Virus record (IMG/VR): IMGVR_UViG_3300036861_001106
Span: 1 to 64,000 of that record
Origin: a virus
Reading direction: 5' to 3' (one strand)
Length of the DNA: 64,000 nucleotides
Under the pieces are notes generated by a model. That model was not told the origin of the DNA. It made no database searches and saw only the letters and a program-made list of their open reading frames with translations. Shown piece by piece: positions 24,768 through 33,151 of the stretch (position 1 is the stretch's first letter; every line of letters begins with the position of its first letter). A program made the translations under genes and the position numbers.

Positions 24768-25050
24768 ACGCCAGATGGTCGCAGAAGTTCGGTTGTCCTG
24801 CGGTCGTTGGTATCTATCGGTCTGCGGGTTTGCCGTTGCGATGGAGGGGGACCGCTGCCGAGACGGCAGCTTGCCGGAGGTGGTGATGCCGCCGATACCT
24901 ACTGAGGAATTGCATAACGCCACCATCGGCGGGAAGCCTGCGTCAGAGCTACCCATTTCCCTTGTGCGCTTCTTCCGGGGCAACAACTGGACGAAGGAGA
25001 TGCTTTCCTACGTGGCGGACAAGATAAACCGCCGAGCAACGCTCACATGA
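24760..25050 (+). CDS. hypothetical protein
   Basis: coupled ATG with GGAGG SD. Confidence 0.5.
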   Translation: MSERQMVAEVRLSCGRWYLSVCGFAVAMEGDRCRDGSLPEVVMPPIPTEELHNATIGGKPASELPISLVRFFRGNNWTKEMLSYVADKINRRATLT

Positions 25051-25191
25051 GCCGGACTAACTGCCCCGACTGTGAACGCCTGCGCGAGCAGCTTGGTGAC
25101 ACTATGCCCTCGGCTTGAGGGCAGAGGGGGACACCCTGCCCCCCCCCGGTGCAGGTGAGAGACGCGCGACGAACTCTGCTTCCTGGTTTCT

Positions 25192-25219
25192 CCCCCGGTC
25201 ACCGCCGGGGGTTCTTTTT
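25192..25219 (+). terminator. intrinsic terminator ending the early operon
   Basis: CCCCCGG...CCGGGGG followed by TTCTTTTT. Confidence 0.75.
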
Positions 25220-25224
25220 GCGCC

Positions 25225-25253
25225 GTGACTTTGACGGGTGTCGGCGGTATACT
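25225..25253 (+). promoter_or_regulatory. promoter of the structural operon
   Basis: GTGACT-17-TATACT with CGG before the -10; AGGAGG SD follows. Confidence 0.6.
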
Positions 25254-25273
25254 TGGAACAGGAGGATTCCTGC

Positions 25274-26989
25274 GTGGCCGACCCCAACGCGATTGTGGAC
25301 GTCTTTCACGCCCCGGTGCGCCCGCCCACGGTGGCGGAGCGTGCCAGCCTCCTGCGTCGAGTCCGGGTGAAGCTGGCAGAGTTGCTCATTGGCCCGCAGC
25401 CTGCCCCTGGCGCCGCCCCGGCGCCAGTCTTGACCACCCAGACCGGAGCCAGCGACGCCACCTACGCCAGCTTCGGTGACCGCGTCTGGAACGTCAGCTA
25501 CCAGCGCCGCGCCGTGTACTTCGACCTCCTCGACATGGACCGCAACGACCCCATGCTTCACACGGCCCTTTCCATCCACGCGGACTGCACGGTCTGCTAC
25601 GAGGACGTGGCGGTGGACGGGTTCGACTGGACCATGACGCTGAAGAACGAGCGTGCCCAGGACGCGCTGGATGACCTCAAGGAGCGCCTGAACCTGGGCG
25701 CCGAGGTCTGGCAGATCGTGCGCAAGTTCGTGCAGTTCGGGGAGGAGTACCGGGAGGTCGTCGTGGACGACCGCAACCTGGTGGTGGCCTTCAACAGCCT
25801 CCCAGCCTACCAGGTCATGCCCAAGTTCGACGCGATGGGGAACCGCCTCCCCGGCTGGTCACAGCGCCCCGAGCAGCTCGTGGGTGCGCGGCCGATTCAC
25901 CTCGACGAGTGGCAGGTCATCCCCTTCATGTGGGGTCCACGGTGGGGCTACTTCGGCACTGGGCTCATGGCGCCGGCGCGCCGCTCCTGGCGCCGGCTGC
26001 AGAAGCTGGCGGATGGCATGGCCATCGCGCGCATGACCCGGGCCTACGACAAGCTCGTCCACAAGGTGCCGGTGGAGCCCAAGTGGAACATGGCCAAGCA
26101 GTACGAGGCCATTGGTCTCTACCGGCAGAACCTCACCAAGCGCCGGAGTCTCGACCAGGACGGCAACGTCACCCTGCGCGACGACCCCATGACCCCCACG
26201 ACTGAGATCTTCATCCCGGACGACGGTAGTGGCCGCGGGGGCGTGGAGACCCTGGCACTGCAGAACATGCAGTTGATGAACGTGGAGGACCTGCGGTTCC
26301 ACCAGGATGAGATTCTCACCTGCTGCCGGGTGCCGCGGAAGTACCTGAACCTGGTCCTCAAGGGCGCAGCTCTCGGTGATTCCTCCATCATGGCTGAGGA
26401 CATCCAGTTCGCGCGGGTCCTGCGGCAGAACCAGGCGACCCTGCGCCTGGGCCTGCGGCAGCTCGCGCGCGTGGCCCTGCTCCTTCGGGGCTTCGACGCC
26501 GACGAGCTGGGGGTCAACGTCAAGCTGGCCAAGATCAACGTCCAGGACTACCTCACCCAGGCCAAGGTGCAGATGAACCTCGCCCAGGCGGCCAACGTGT
26601 TCGCCCAGACCCTCCTCACCGGTGGCATTGCCCCCGAGATCGTCTACGACCGCTACATGCAGCTCAGCGACGCTGACAAGGAGATCATGCGAAAGTTCCA
26701 GGAGGAGCAGGAGAAGGATGAGCTGGCTGCCCTTCGCAAGGAGAAAGCTGAGGCGGCGAAGCAGCAGCCCCAGAATGGCAAGCTTCCCCGAACCAATGCC
26801 AACGGCGGTGGCGGCGCGCAGCAGGGGCTCCCAACCGCGGAGGAGGTCAGCCAGGTCCTGGCGAAACTTGGCATGATGTGCCAGGAGCTGGCTGAAAAAG
26901 AGGGACTGCAGTTCGATCTGACCTACGAGGATCGCCTGGCCCAGGCCAGGGATGTCATTGCTGAGACTTGCTTGAACGGGAGTCGTTGA
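25274..26989 (+). CDS. portal protein (T4 gp20-like)
   Basis: RKFVQFGE, IARMTRA, IFIP...GGVETL, EDLRF...RVPRKYL, EDIQFAR pattern; first structural gene. Confidence 0.8.
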   Translation: MADPNAIVDVFHAPVRPPTVAERASLLRRVRVKLAELLIGPQPAPGAAPAPVLTTQTGASDATYASFGDRVWNVSYQRRAVYFDLLDMDRNDPMLHTALSIHADCTVCYEDVAVDGFDWTMTLKNERAQDALDDLKERLNLGAEVWQIVRKFVQFGEEYREVVVDDRNLVVAFNSLPAYQVMPKFDAMGNRLPGWSQRPEQLVGARPIHLDEWQVIPFMWGPRWGYFGTGLMAPARRSWRRLQKLADGMAIARMTRAYDKLVHKVPVEPKWNMAKQYEAIGLYRQNLTKRRSLDQDGNVTLRDDPMTPTTEIFIPDDGSGRGGVETLALQNMQLMNVEDLRFHQDEILTCCRVPRKYLNLVLKGAALGDSSIMAEDIQFARVLRQNQATLRLGLRQLARVALLLRGFDADELGVNVKLAKINVQDYLTQAKVQMNLAQAANVFAQTLLTGGIAPEIVYDRYMQLSDADKEIMRKFQEEQEKDELAALRKEKAEAAKQQPQNGKLPRTNANGGGGAQQGLPTAEEVSQVLAKLGMMCQELAEKEGLQFDLTYEDRLAQARDVIAETCLNGSR

Positions 26990-26992
26990 TCA

Positions 26993-27877
26993 GTGCCCAC
27001 TTCTTCCCGAGGAGAGTTCCAGGTGCTCGCTCGGCGTTGCCAGAGCCTGTCAGCTCAGTGGCTGCAGCTCGCCCAGGCGCGGAAGGTCAACCGTCGCCGG
27101 GGTGCCTGGCGGCGTGTGCCCCTGGCCGGCTCCGTCAGCCGCCTGGAGAAGCTCCTGCGGGCCGAGTTCAGCCGCCTGGAGCGCCAGGCGATTCAGGTGC
27201 TGGCTGGGGCCAGCCTGGAGCGGGCACGCAGCGAGGAGGAGCCGCTGGAGGTGGACCCTGCAGCGCCGCTAGACAAGCGCCGGCTGGCTCCGCTGCTGAT
27301 CCTCCTGGGCCTCTTCCGCGCGCGACAGCTTGCCGCAGCCGAGACGGTGATCGATGAGGCCTTCGCGGTTGGCCGCACGCAGGTGCTGAAGCGGCTGAGG
27401 CGCCCAGACGCCCCCGAGCAGCCAGCGACGGCTGCCCTGCCGACGGTGGTCCTGCAGCGGTTCCGCACGGACGTGCTGCGGCTGCACTCGGATCTCATCG
27501 CCGGCACGGCCCGCTCCCCGGGTGTGGAGCGGCTGGTGGCGGACAGCGCCACGGTGGGTGCAGCGGTGGAGGCGCTCACTGCCCTCCTGGACGTGGAGAG
27601 CTTCCGGCTCTCGATGTTTGCGGAGGCCCTGGTGCACGCCGCGTGGATCGCTGGCTTCAGGAGCGGCGCTGTCGACGCGACCGTGGCAGCGCTGGCAGCC
27701 GGTGAGGTACCACAGGAGTTCGCCTGGACGGGCCCGGACGACACGGACACGTGTCAGCCGTGCCATGACCAGTTCAAGAAGCGCGTTGTTGCGCGGTCGC
27801 TGGCTGACCTGCCGGATCCAACTACAATCTGTGAATTTGGAAGAGCGTGCAGGCATGCTTGGAGAGTTGTCAATTGA
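26993..27877 (+). CDS. head morphogenesis protein (SPP1 gp7/Mu F-like)
   Basis: follows portal; W.GPDD..TCQPC and C...CRH C-terminal motifs. Confidence 0.65.
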   Translation: MPTSSRGEFQVLARRCQSLSAQWLQLAQARKVNRRRGAWRRVPLAGSVSRLEKLLRAEFSRLERQAIQVLAGASLERARSEEEPLEVDPAAPLDKRRLAPLLILLGLFRARQLAAAETVIDEAFAVGRTQVLKRLRRPDAPEQPATAALPTVVLQRFRTDVLRLHSDLIAGTARSPGVERLVADSATVGAAVEALTALLDVESFRLSMFAEALVHAAWIAGFRSGAVDATVAALAAGEVPQEFAWTGPDDTDTCQPCHDQFKKRVVARSLADLPDPTTICEFGRACRHAWRVVN

Positions 27878-27954
27878 CTGTGGTGACCAATGCCCAAGTT
27901 TGAGTATGAAGTGGTTGCAATGCGACCGCATCCACGGCGCGTGTGAGGTGAGCG

Positions 27955-28461
27955 ATGGCGTGCCACATTGACCGCATTACCAACCTCTGCGTTGATGGGG
28001 AGCCCGTCAGCTCCACGAACCCGCTGCCCACCTCTGGTGGTGCAGGACCCGGGTCCAACGTCGTCGTCACGGACATGGAGGATGGCGCTGGCGACAGCGT
28101 CATGGACCCCGTCAACGACGCTGTCCGCGTCAACGTCGTGGCGGGGGGGACTGCTGGGGGCGTCACTCCCCTCACCTACACGGCGGCGGGGACGCTGGCC
28201 ATCACCAGCGGGGGCACCTCCCAGGAGGTCTTCGCGGCCAACGCCAGCCGCAAGGCGTTGCTCATCATCAACATCTCCAGCGAGGTGCTGTGGGTCGCCT
28301 TTGGGGGCGCAGCCACCGCCGACACCCCCTCCATCCCCCTGCAGCCGAACAACGCGGGCGTTCTGGACTTCCCCAACCCTGGTGGGGGCATTGTCACCCA
28401 GCAGATTCAGATCATCGGCGCAACGACGGGCAGTAAATTCGTCGCCTTACAATCGTCCTAG
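27955..28461 (+). CDS. putative virion protein
   Basis: PVSSTNPLP and ANASRKALLI.N patterns typical of phage structural proteins. Confidence 0.6.
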   Translation: MACHIDRITNLCVDGEPVSSTNPLPTSGGAGPGSNVVVTDMEDGAGDSVMDPVNDAVRVNVVAGGTAGGVTPLTYTAAGTLAITSGGTSQEVFAANASRKALLIINISSEVLWVAFGGAATADTPSIPLQPNNAGVLDFPNPGGGIVTQQIQIIGATTGSKFVALQSS

Positions 28462-28469
28462 GAGGCCCT

Positions 28470-28760
28470 GTGAGTAAGAATGTCCTGCAGCTCCTGAACT
28501 CTCCCCAGGAGGTGCCAACCCTGGACCGCGAGGCCCTGAAGTACCTGACTGACGAGCAGGTGACTCGCGCCTGGAAGGAGTTCCTGGCGCAGGTGGCGGT
28601 GCAGCTCCTGCAAGCGCACGCCAACGTGCGCATGGACCCCAGTGACCAGGGGCTGCGCGACCAGTACGAGCGGGCACACCGGCACAACCGGCGGCTGGTC
28701 GAGGAGTACGAGGCCCGCTGGCGTGCCTTTGAGCCCAAGGACGAGCCGTCCACTGAGTGA
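28470..28760 (+). CDS. hypothetical helical protein
   Basis: AGGAGG SD. Confidence 0.65.
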   Translation: MSKNVLQLLNSPQEVPTLDREALKYLTDEQVTRAWKEFLAQVAVQLLQAHANVRMDPSDQGLRDQYERAHRHNRRLVEEYEARWRAFEPKDEPSTE

Positions 28761-30367
28761 CCGGAGGTAGCCACGTGCTGCGCAACGACGTCACCGCCCT
28801 CAACCAGTTGATCGCCACCAGCGGCGAGCACATCGTCCCGGGGACACCCACCGCCTCGGCGACAAAGGCACTCCTGCGGCTGGGCAATGCCCTCGTCGGT
28901 GGTGACGCCGATGGCTGCTACCTGGGTCTCAACGCGCCCAGTGGCTGGGTCGGCGACTACCTGCGCCTCCAGCTCAACGCGGTGGACGTGCTGCGGCTCG
29001 ACAGCCTTGGCAACCTGGGCGTCGGAGTCTCGGCCACCTCGGGTTTTCGGATCCACGCCGAGGCTGACGGCAACTTCGACAACATGGTCCGGGTGAACAA
29101 CGTCAACACGGGCAATGGTGCCGCCGCCGGCTCCTCGGTGCAGGTACGCTGTGGGGGGACCGACACCGCGAGCGGGCGACTGACGGCCTGGGGTGGCAGT
29201 CACGCCTCGACGTTTCGAGCAAACCGGGTCAGTGTCGTTGCCAACTCGGACGCCACCGGGGTCACCCTGGAGGCCAACAATGCCTCGCAGGACATTCGCT
29301 TCGTGCTGCCAACGCCGCTGGATGAGCAGGCCAGGTTCGCCAGCACCGGTGAGCTGCTGATTGGCACGACCTCCACTCTGGGGCGCCTAGCAGTTGTTGG
29401 GCGCATTGACCAGATTCAATCTGTTGTCAGGGCTTTTTCAACCCAGACAACCAACCTTGCAGAGTGGCAGTCGTCGGCGCCAGCGATTCTTGTGGCGATA
29501 CTGGGTGATGGTCGCCTGCAAGTCAATCCAGCTACCAATGCTTTGGCATTTTTTGGCGGCACGGGGTCAATAAACAACACTCGCGTTTCTATCTTCAACA
29601 ATCAGAACGCCACCCTGATCCCGCTTGGAATACGTGCTCACGCCTCGCAAACAGCTTCCGCGCTTGAGGTGCAGGACAACGGCGGCACCTCCCGTGTCAC
29701 AGTCGGCAGCCTTACGCAGGTCGCCAGCATCACCCTGGCCGTGAGAGGCATTGCATCACAGACTGGCAAGCTGCAGGAGTGGCAGACGAGTGCCGGGGGC
29801 ACTCTCGCGTACGTCCAGGCAGATGGTCCATGCTACTTCCCCCAGGCTGGCATTGGCGTTTTCGCTGCACAGGCCGGCGTTGGACTCTTCGTCACTGGCT
29901 CCGACGCAACGGCAGTGACCCAGGTTTTGCGCCAGTTGACGTCCCAGACGGGTCACCTGCTGGAGGCTCGTGACGACAGCAACGGGAGCCTCTTCACCTT
30001 CACGAACATCGGTGATCTGACGTTTAACCGCCGCTCCTCGACGACAGGTGGGCGCCAGGTGGCGGACCTCATCGCCGAGTTTGTCGTCAGTACGGACGCC
30101 TCGCGCACGGGTCGCTTCAAGCTGCGCGCCACGGACTTCAACGCGACGCGTGAGGTGCTGCGGGGCGAGGCGGACGGGACGAACCCGATGGTCGGCTTCC
30201 TGGGGACCAATGCCTTCCGGGCTACTGGGTGGGCAACGGCGACAGGCACTGCCACACGCACGACTTTCGACACGACCACTGTCACGCTGGCAGGATTGGC
30301 TGAGAGGGTCAAGGCTCTACTTGATGATCTCCACCAGACAGCAGGCTATGGTTTGCTGAGGACGTAA
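28757..30367 (+). CDS. fibre-like virion protein
   Basis: Gly/Thr/Ala-rich beta repeats (SQT..L.EWQ.S.G) and C-terminal trimer-like helix LAERVKALLDDL. Confidence 0.65.
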   Translation: MTGGSHVLRNDVTALNQLIATSGEHIVPGTPTASATKALLRLGNALVGGDADGCYLGLNAPSGWVGDYLRLQLNAVDVLRLDSLGNLGVGVSATSGFRIHAEADGNFDNMVRVNNVNTGNGAAAGSSVQVRCGGTDTASGRLTAWGGSHASTFRANRVSVVANSDATGVTLEANNASQDIRFVLPTPLDEQARFASTGELLIGTTSTLGRLAVVGRIDQIQSVVRAFSTQTTNLAEWQSSAPAILVAILGDGRLQVNPATNALAFFGGTGSINNTRVSIFNNQNATLIPLGIRAHASQTASALEVQDNGGTSRVTVGSLTQVASITLAVRGIASQTGKLQEWQTSAGGTLAYVQADGPCYFPQAGIGVFAAQAGVGLFVTGSDATAVTQVLRQLTSQTGHLLEARDDSNGSLFTFTNIGDLTFNRRSSTTGGRQVADLIAEFVVSTDASRTGRFKLRATDFNATREVLRGEADGTNPMVGFLGTNAFRATGWATATGTATRTTFDTTTVTLAGLAERVKALLDDLHQTAGYGLLRT

Positions 30368-30369
30368 CG

Positions 30370-30636
30370 TTGGCAAATTTCGGTGACATCCCGGGAAACA
30401 CAGACGTTCTCGGGAAGGCAGTGCGAACCGGCTCGATCACCGTCACTGCCCTGGAGCTAACCAAGGCGATCACCTTCGCCAGCAACATGCCCTCTGTCAG
30501 TTTCAAGGTCTTCTTTGCGCCCGAGGGGAACCTAGCTGCAATTCTGTGGGCTACGAGCAAGGCTACGACGGGCTTCACGCTCAACCTGTCAGTGGGCGTT
30601 GCAGGCACGATTGACTGGCTGGCAGTTGAAGACTAG
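30370..30636 (+). CDS. small beta-sandwich (H-type lectin/fibre-tip-like) protein
   Basis: TGSIT...ITFAS...KATTGFT...IDWLAV. Confidence 0.5.
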   Translation: MANFGDIPGNTDVLGKAVRTGSITVTALELTKAITFASNMPSVSFKVFFAPEGNLAAILWATSKATTGFTLNLSVGVAGTIDWLAVED

Positions 30637-30638
30637 CC

Positions 30639-31736
30639 ATGATTCATAACTTAGCCACCGTCGCACCCGTTGTGGGCAACGACGGCACACAGGGGTACGA
30701 GGTCGGCTCCAAGTGGCTGAACGTCGTGACGGGCCAGCTCTATTCCTGCACCAGCGCTGCCACCGGGGCAGCCACCTGGTCGCCTGTGGACAAGGTGGTG
30801 CTGGAGCAGGACCCTACCCTGCTGCCCGCGACGAAGCTGGGCAGTGGGAGCCTGGACTCCAGCAAGTTCCTGCGCGGCGACCAGATGTGGGCGACACCGC
30901 CCGCTGGTGGCACCCCACCCACCGGCACGGGCTTCCGGCACGTCACTGCCGGGGCTGAGGACTCCGCCGCGAAGCTGGTGGAGAATGCGGACGTTGCCAG
31001 CGCGGCAGCCATCGCGGAGAGCAAGCTCTCCCTGAACTTTGCCACGCACTCCAACGCGAACGACCCGAGCAGTGGCGAGAAGAGCGCCCTGGCGGGCACC
31101 AGCGGCACGCCGGGGTCGGGGAACAAGTACGTCACCGACGGCGACGCGCGGAACACGAACTCCCGGGCGCCGACGAGCCACGGGGCTAGCCTGCACGACG
31201 GCACGGTGGAGGCGACGGCCAACAAGGGGGCTGCCAGTGGGTACGCTGGCCTGGGCAGCAACTCCCTGGTGCCGACTGCGCAGCTCGGCACTGGGACACC
31301 GGACACCACCAAGTTCCTGCGCGGTGACCAGACTTGGGTCGCACCGCCCGGGGCACCGGGCGCGCGGGAGGACCTGGTGGCCTACTGGGAGGTCACCAGC
31401 ACCAAGACCAACATCGGCGCATCGTTCGTGGACATCTACGTGAACACCAACGCCGATGGGAAGAGCGTGCAGATTGACACCAACGGCAAGACCCAGGTGC
31501 GCCTGGCAGTGCTCTGGAACAAGATTGGGACCGGCACGCAGACGGTGCAGGTGCTGGAGGTCGGGACTGCCAACGTGCTGATCTCCCTGGACGTGGTGAG
31601 TGGCCGCAACGCCAGCGCACTCACCGCCATCCCAGCGGCGCTGCAGAACAGCGTGAAGATTTACAAGCTGCAGGCGAAGAGCACGACCGCAGCAGACGAT
31701 CCCGTCTTCGAGGGTTGTCAAATTTTTCTCAAATGA
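30639..31736 (+). CDS. fibre-like virion protein with FLRGD repeats
   Basis: KLGSG..DSSKFLRGDQMW and QLGTG..DTTKFLRGDQTW; D.TQGY.VGSKW N-terminus. Confidence 0.65.
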   Translation: MIHNLATVAPVVGNDGTQGYEVGSKWLNVVTGQLYSCTSAATGAATWSPVDKVVLEQDPTLLPATKLGSGSLDSSKFLRGDQMWATPPAGGTPPTGTGFRHVTAGAEDSAAKLVENADVASAAAIAESKLSLNFATHSNANDPSSGEKSALAGTSGTPGSGNKYVTDGDARNTNSRAPTSHGASLHDGTVEATANKGAASGYAGLGSNSLVPTAQLGTGTPDTTKFLRGDQTWVAPPGAPGAREDLVAYWEVTSTKTNIGASFVDIYVNTNADGKSVQIDTNGKTQVRLAVLWNKIGTGTQTVQVLEVGTANVLISLDVVSGRNASALTAIPAALQNSVKIYKLQAKSTTAADDPVFEGCQIFLK

Positions 31737-31770
31737 TTCAGGCTCTACCTGAAGTAAGGAGGACCAACCA

Positions 31771-32055
31771 ATGGCTGTTGACACCACCGACAAGGCGCTG
31801 AACCTGTGCACGCGACTTGCGGATGCAGCGAATCGGCTCATGATTGCGGTTGAGGACCTGGCAAACCTCAAGGACGAGAAGGAGAGTGCCGGGCTGACTC
31901 TCACTGCCGCTGAGATTGAGGCGGCGCTTGACGCCTCCAGCCTGAAGCACGCCGATGGGACTGACTTCGACAACGTCATCAGCTCCGGGGCGGCAGTCAA
32001 GACGTTCCTGGTGACCAACTTTCACGACGACATCTTCGCCAAGGTTCGCCCATGA
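31771..32055 (+). CDS. hypothetical helical protein
   Basis: TAAGGAGG SD. Confidence 0.7.
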   Translation: MAVDTTDKALNLCTRLADAANRLMIAVEDLANLKDEKESAGLTLTAAEIEAALDASSLKHADGTDFDNVISSGAAVKTFLVTNFHDDIFAKVRP

Positions 32056-32636
32056 CGGAGCCCAGGATCTTCACCTGCGAGGAGTGGGGTGCCCTCCCCG
32101 TGCACCGGGCCTTTCCCACCAAGCCTGCGGTGGGCACCGTGATTCACCACACTGCGTCGCCGAATGCCACGCCGCTCCTGGGTCCTGAGGAGCTGCACCG
32201 GTCCTTCAAGCTGGCTCGGGCCATCCAGCGGGACCACCTCGCGCGAAGGTGGGCGGACACCGGGCAGCACTTCCTGGTCAGCCGCGGTGGCATCATCCTG
32301 GAGGGGCGCCATGGGAGCCTTGCCGCCGCACGCCGGGGGCGCTGCGTGCGTGGCTCCCACGCAGGCAACAACCTGGCGAACTCCCAGTGGTTCGGCATCG
32401 AGACCGAGGGGCGCTACGACCAGGAGTTCCTCGTCACCGATGCACAGTGGCAGGCGCTGGTGACGCTGCATGCGTGGTTGGCCCACTGGGGTGACTTCGA
32501 CACGGCGACTGTTCAACCACACAGTCACTTCAGGCCAACGGAGTGTCCTGGGCACCTCCGCGATCACCTTGGCCGGCTGCGGCAGGAGGCCCATGACCTG
32601 AAGATGAGGCTCAGGTTCCCACAAGATAACCCTTGA
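32052..32636 (+). CDS. N-acetylmuramoyl-L-alanine amidase (Amidase_2/PGRP-like endolysin)
   Basis: VIHHTA, WADTGQHFLV, GSHA, GIE, HS...TECPG. Confidence 0.9.
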   Translation: MTEPRIFTCEEWGALPVHRAFPTKPAVGTVIHHTASPNATPLLGPEELHRSFKLARAIQRDHLARRWADTGQHFLVSRGGIILEGRHGSLAAARRGRCVRGSHAGNNLANSQWFGIETEGRYDQEFLVTDAQWQALVTLHAWLAHWGDFDTATVQPHSHFRPTECPGHLRDHLGRLRQEAHDLKMRLRFPQDNP

Positions 32637-32707
32637 GGGTGACCCAGTCCGTGTCAAGTGTCGCTGAATCGCGGTAGAATTCAGACAAGTGTCAGAGTGG
32701 AGGCTCC

Positions 32708-33139
32708 ATGTTCGAGCAATTGCTGAAGTTTGCGCTGCCGCACCTTGGAGGTGACCTCAAGGATCGTCTCCTCCACCAGTTGGAGGCGGCAGTCAAGCAG
32801 CTCGCGGTGGATCAGCTCGCCAAGAGCACGGCGCACGTCCTGCTGAAGTCCATCGACAGTGTGATCGCGGTGGCGGTGGCCAACCTCTCCCGGGGTGATG
32901 CGCAGAAGCTTGCCAGCGCCTACGCGCTGGAGGTCCTGCGGCAGCTCGACCAGCTCAGTGACGCGGTGCATGCCTACATCCCCATGCAGGTCACGGTGGA
33001 GGTGGCCAAGCAGGAGCATGGGGCCACAAGCCCGCAGGCTGCGGCTGCCCGCAAGGCCCGCGAGGCTGGGATTGCGGAGCTGAAACAAGAGGTAAAGGAC
33101 CTCTTGAAGTCGGCCACCGGTGGAGATGTGAAGGACTAG
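32708..33139 (+). CDS. hypothetical helical protein
   Basis: GGAGG SD; preceded by CGG-TAGAAT (32672-32680). Confidence 0.65.
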   Translation: MFEQLLKFALPHLGGDLKDRLLHQLEAAVKQLAVDQLAKSTAHVLLKSIDSVIAVAVANLSRGDAQKLASAYALEVLRQLDQLSDAVHAYIPMQVTVEVAKQEHGATSPQAAAARKAREAGIAELKQEVKDLLKSATGGDVKD

Positions 33140-33151
33140 GGGGACACGTCG

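Noticed and set aside
25110-25219. Another sRNA before the portal promoter
   Set aside because: A terminator and pyrimidine-rich stretch are present but no convincing promoter; simpler as the end of the early operon.
32708-33139. Holin next to the endolysin
   Set aside because: No clear transmembrane helix.
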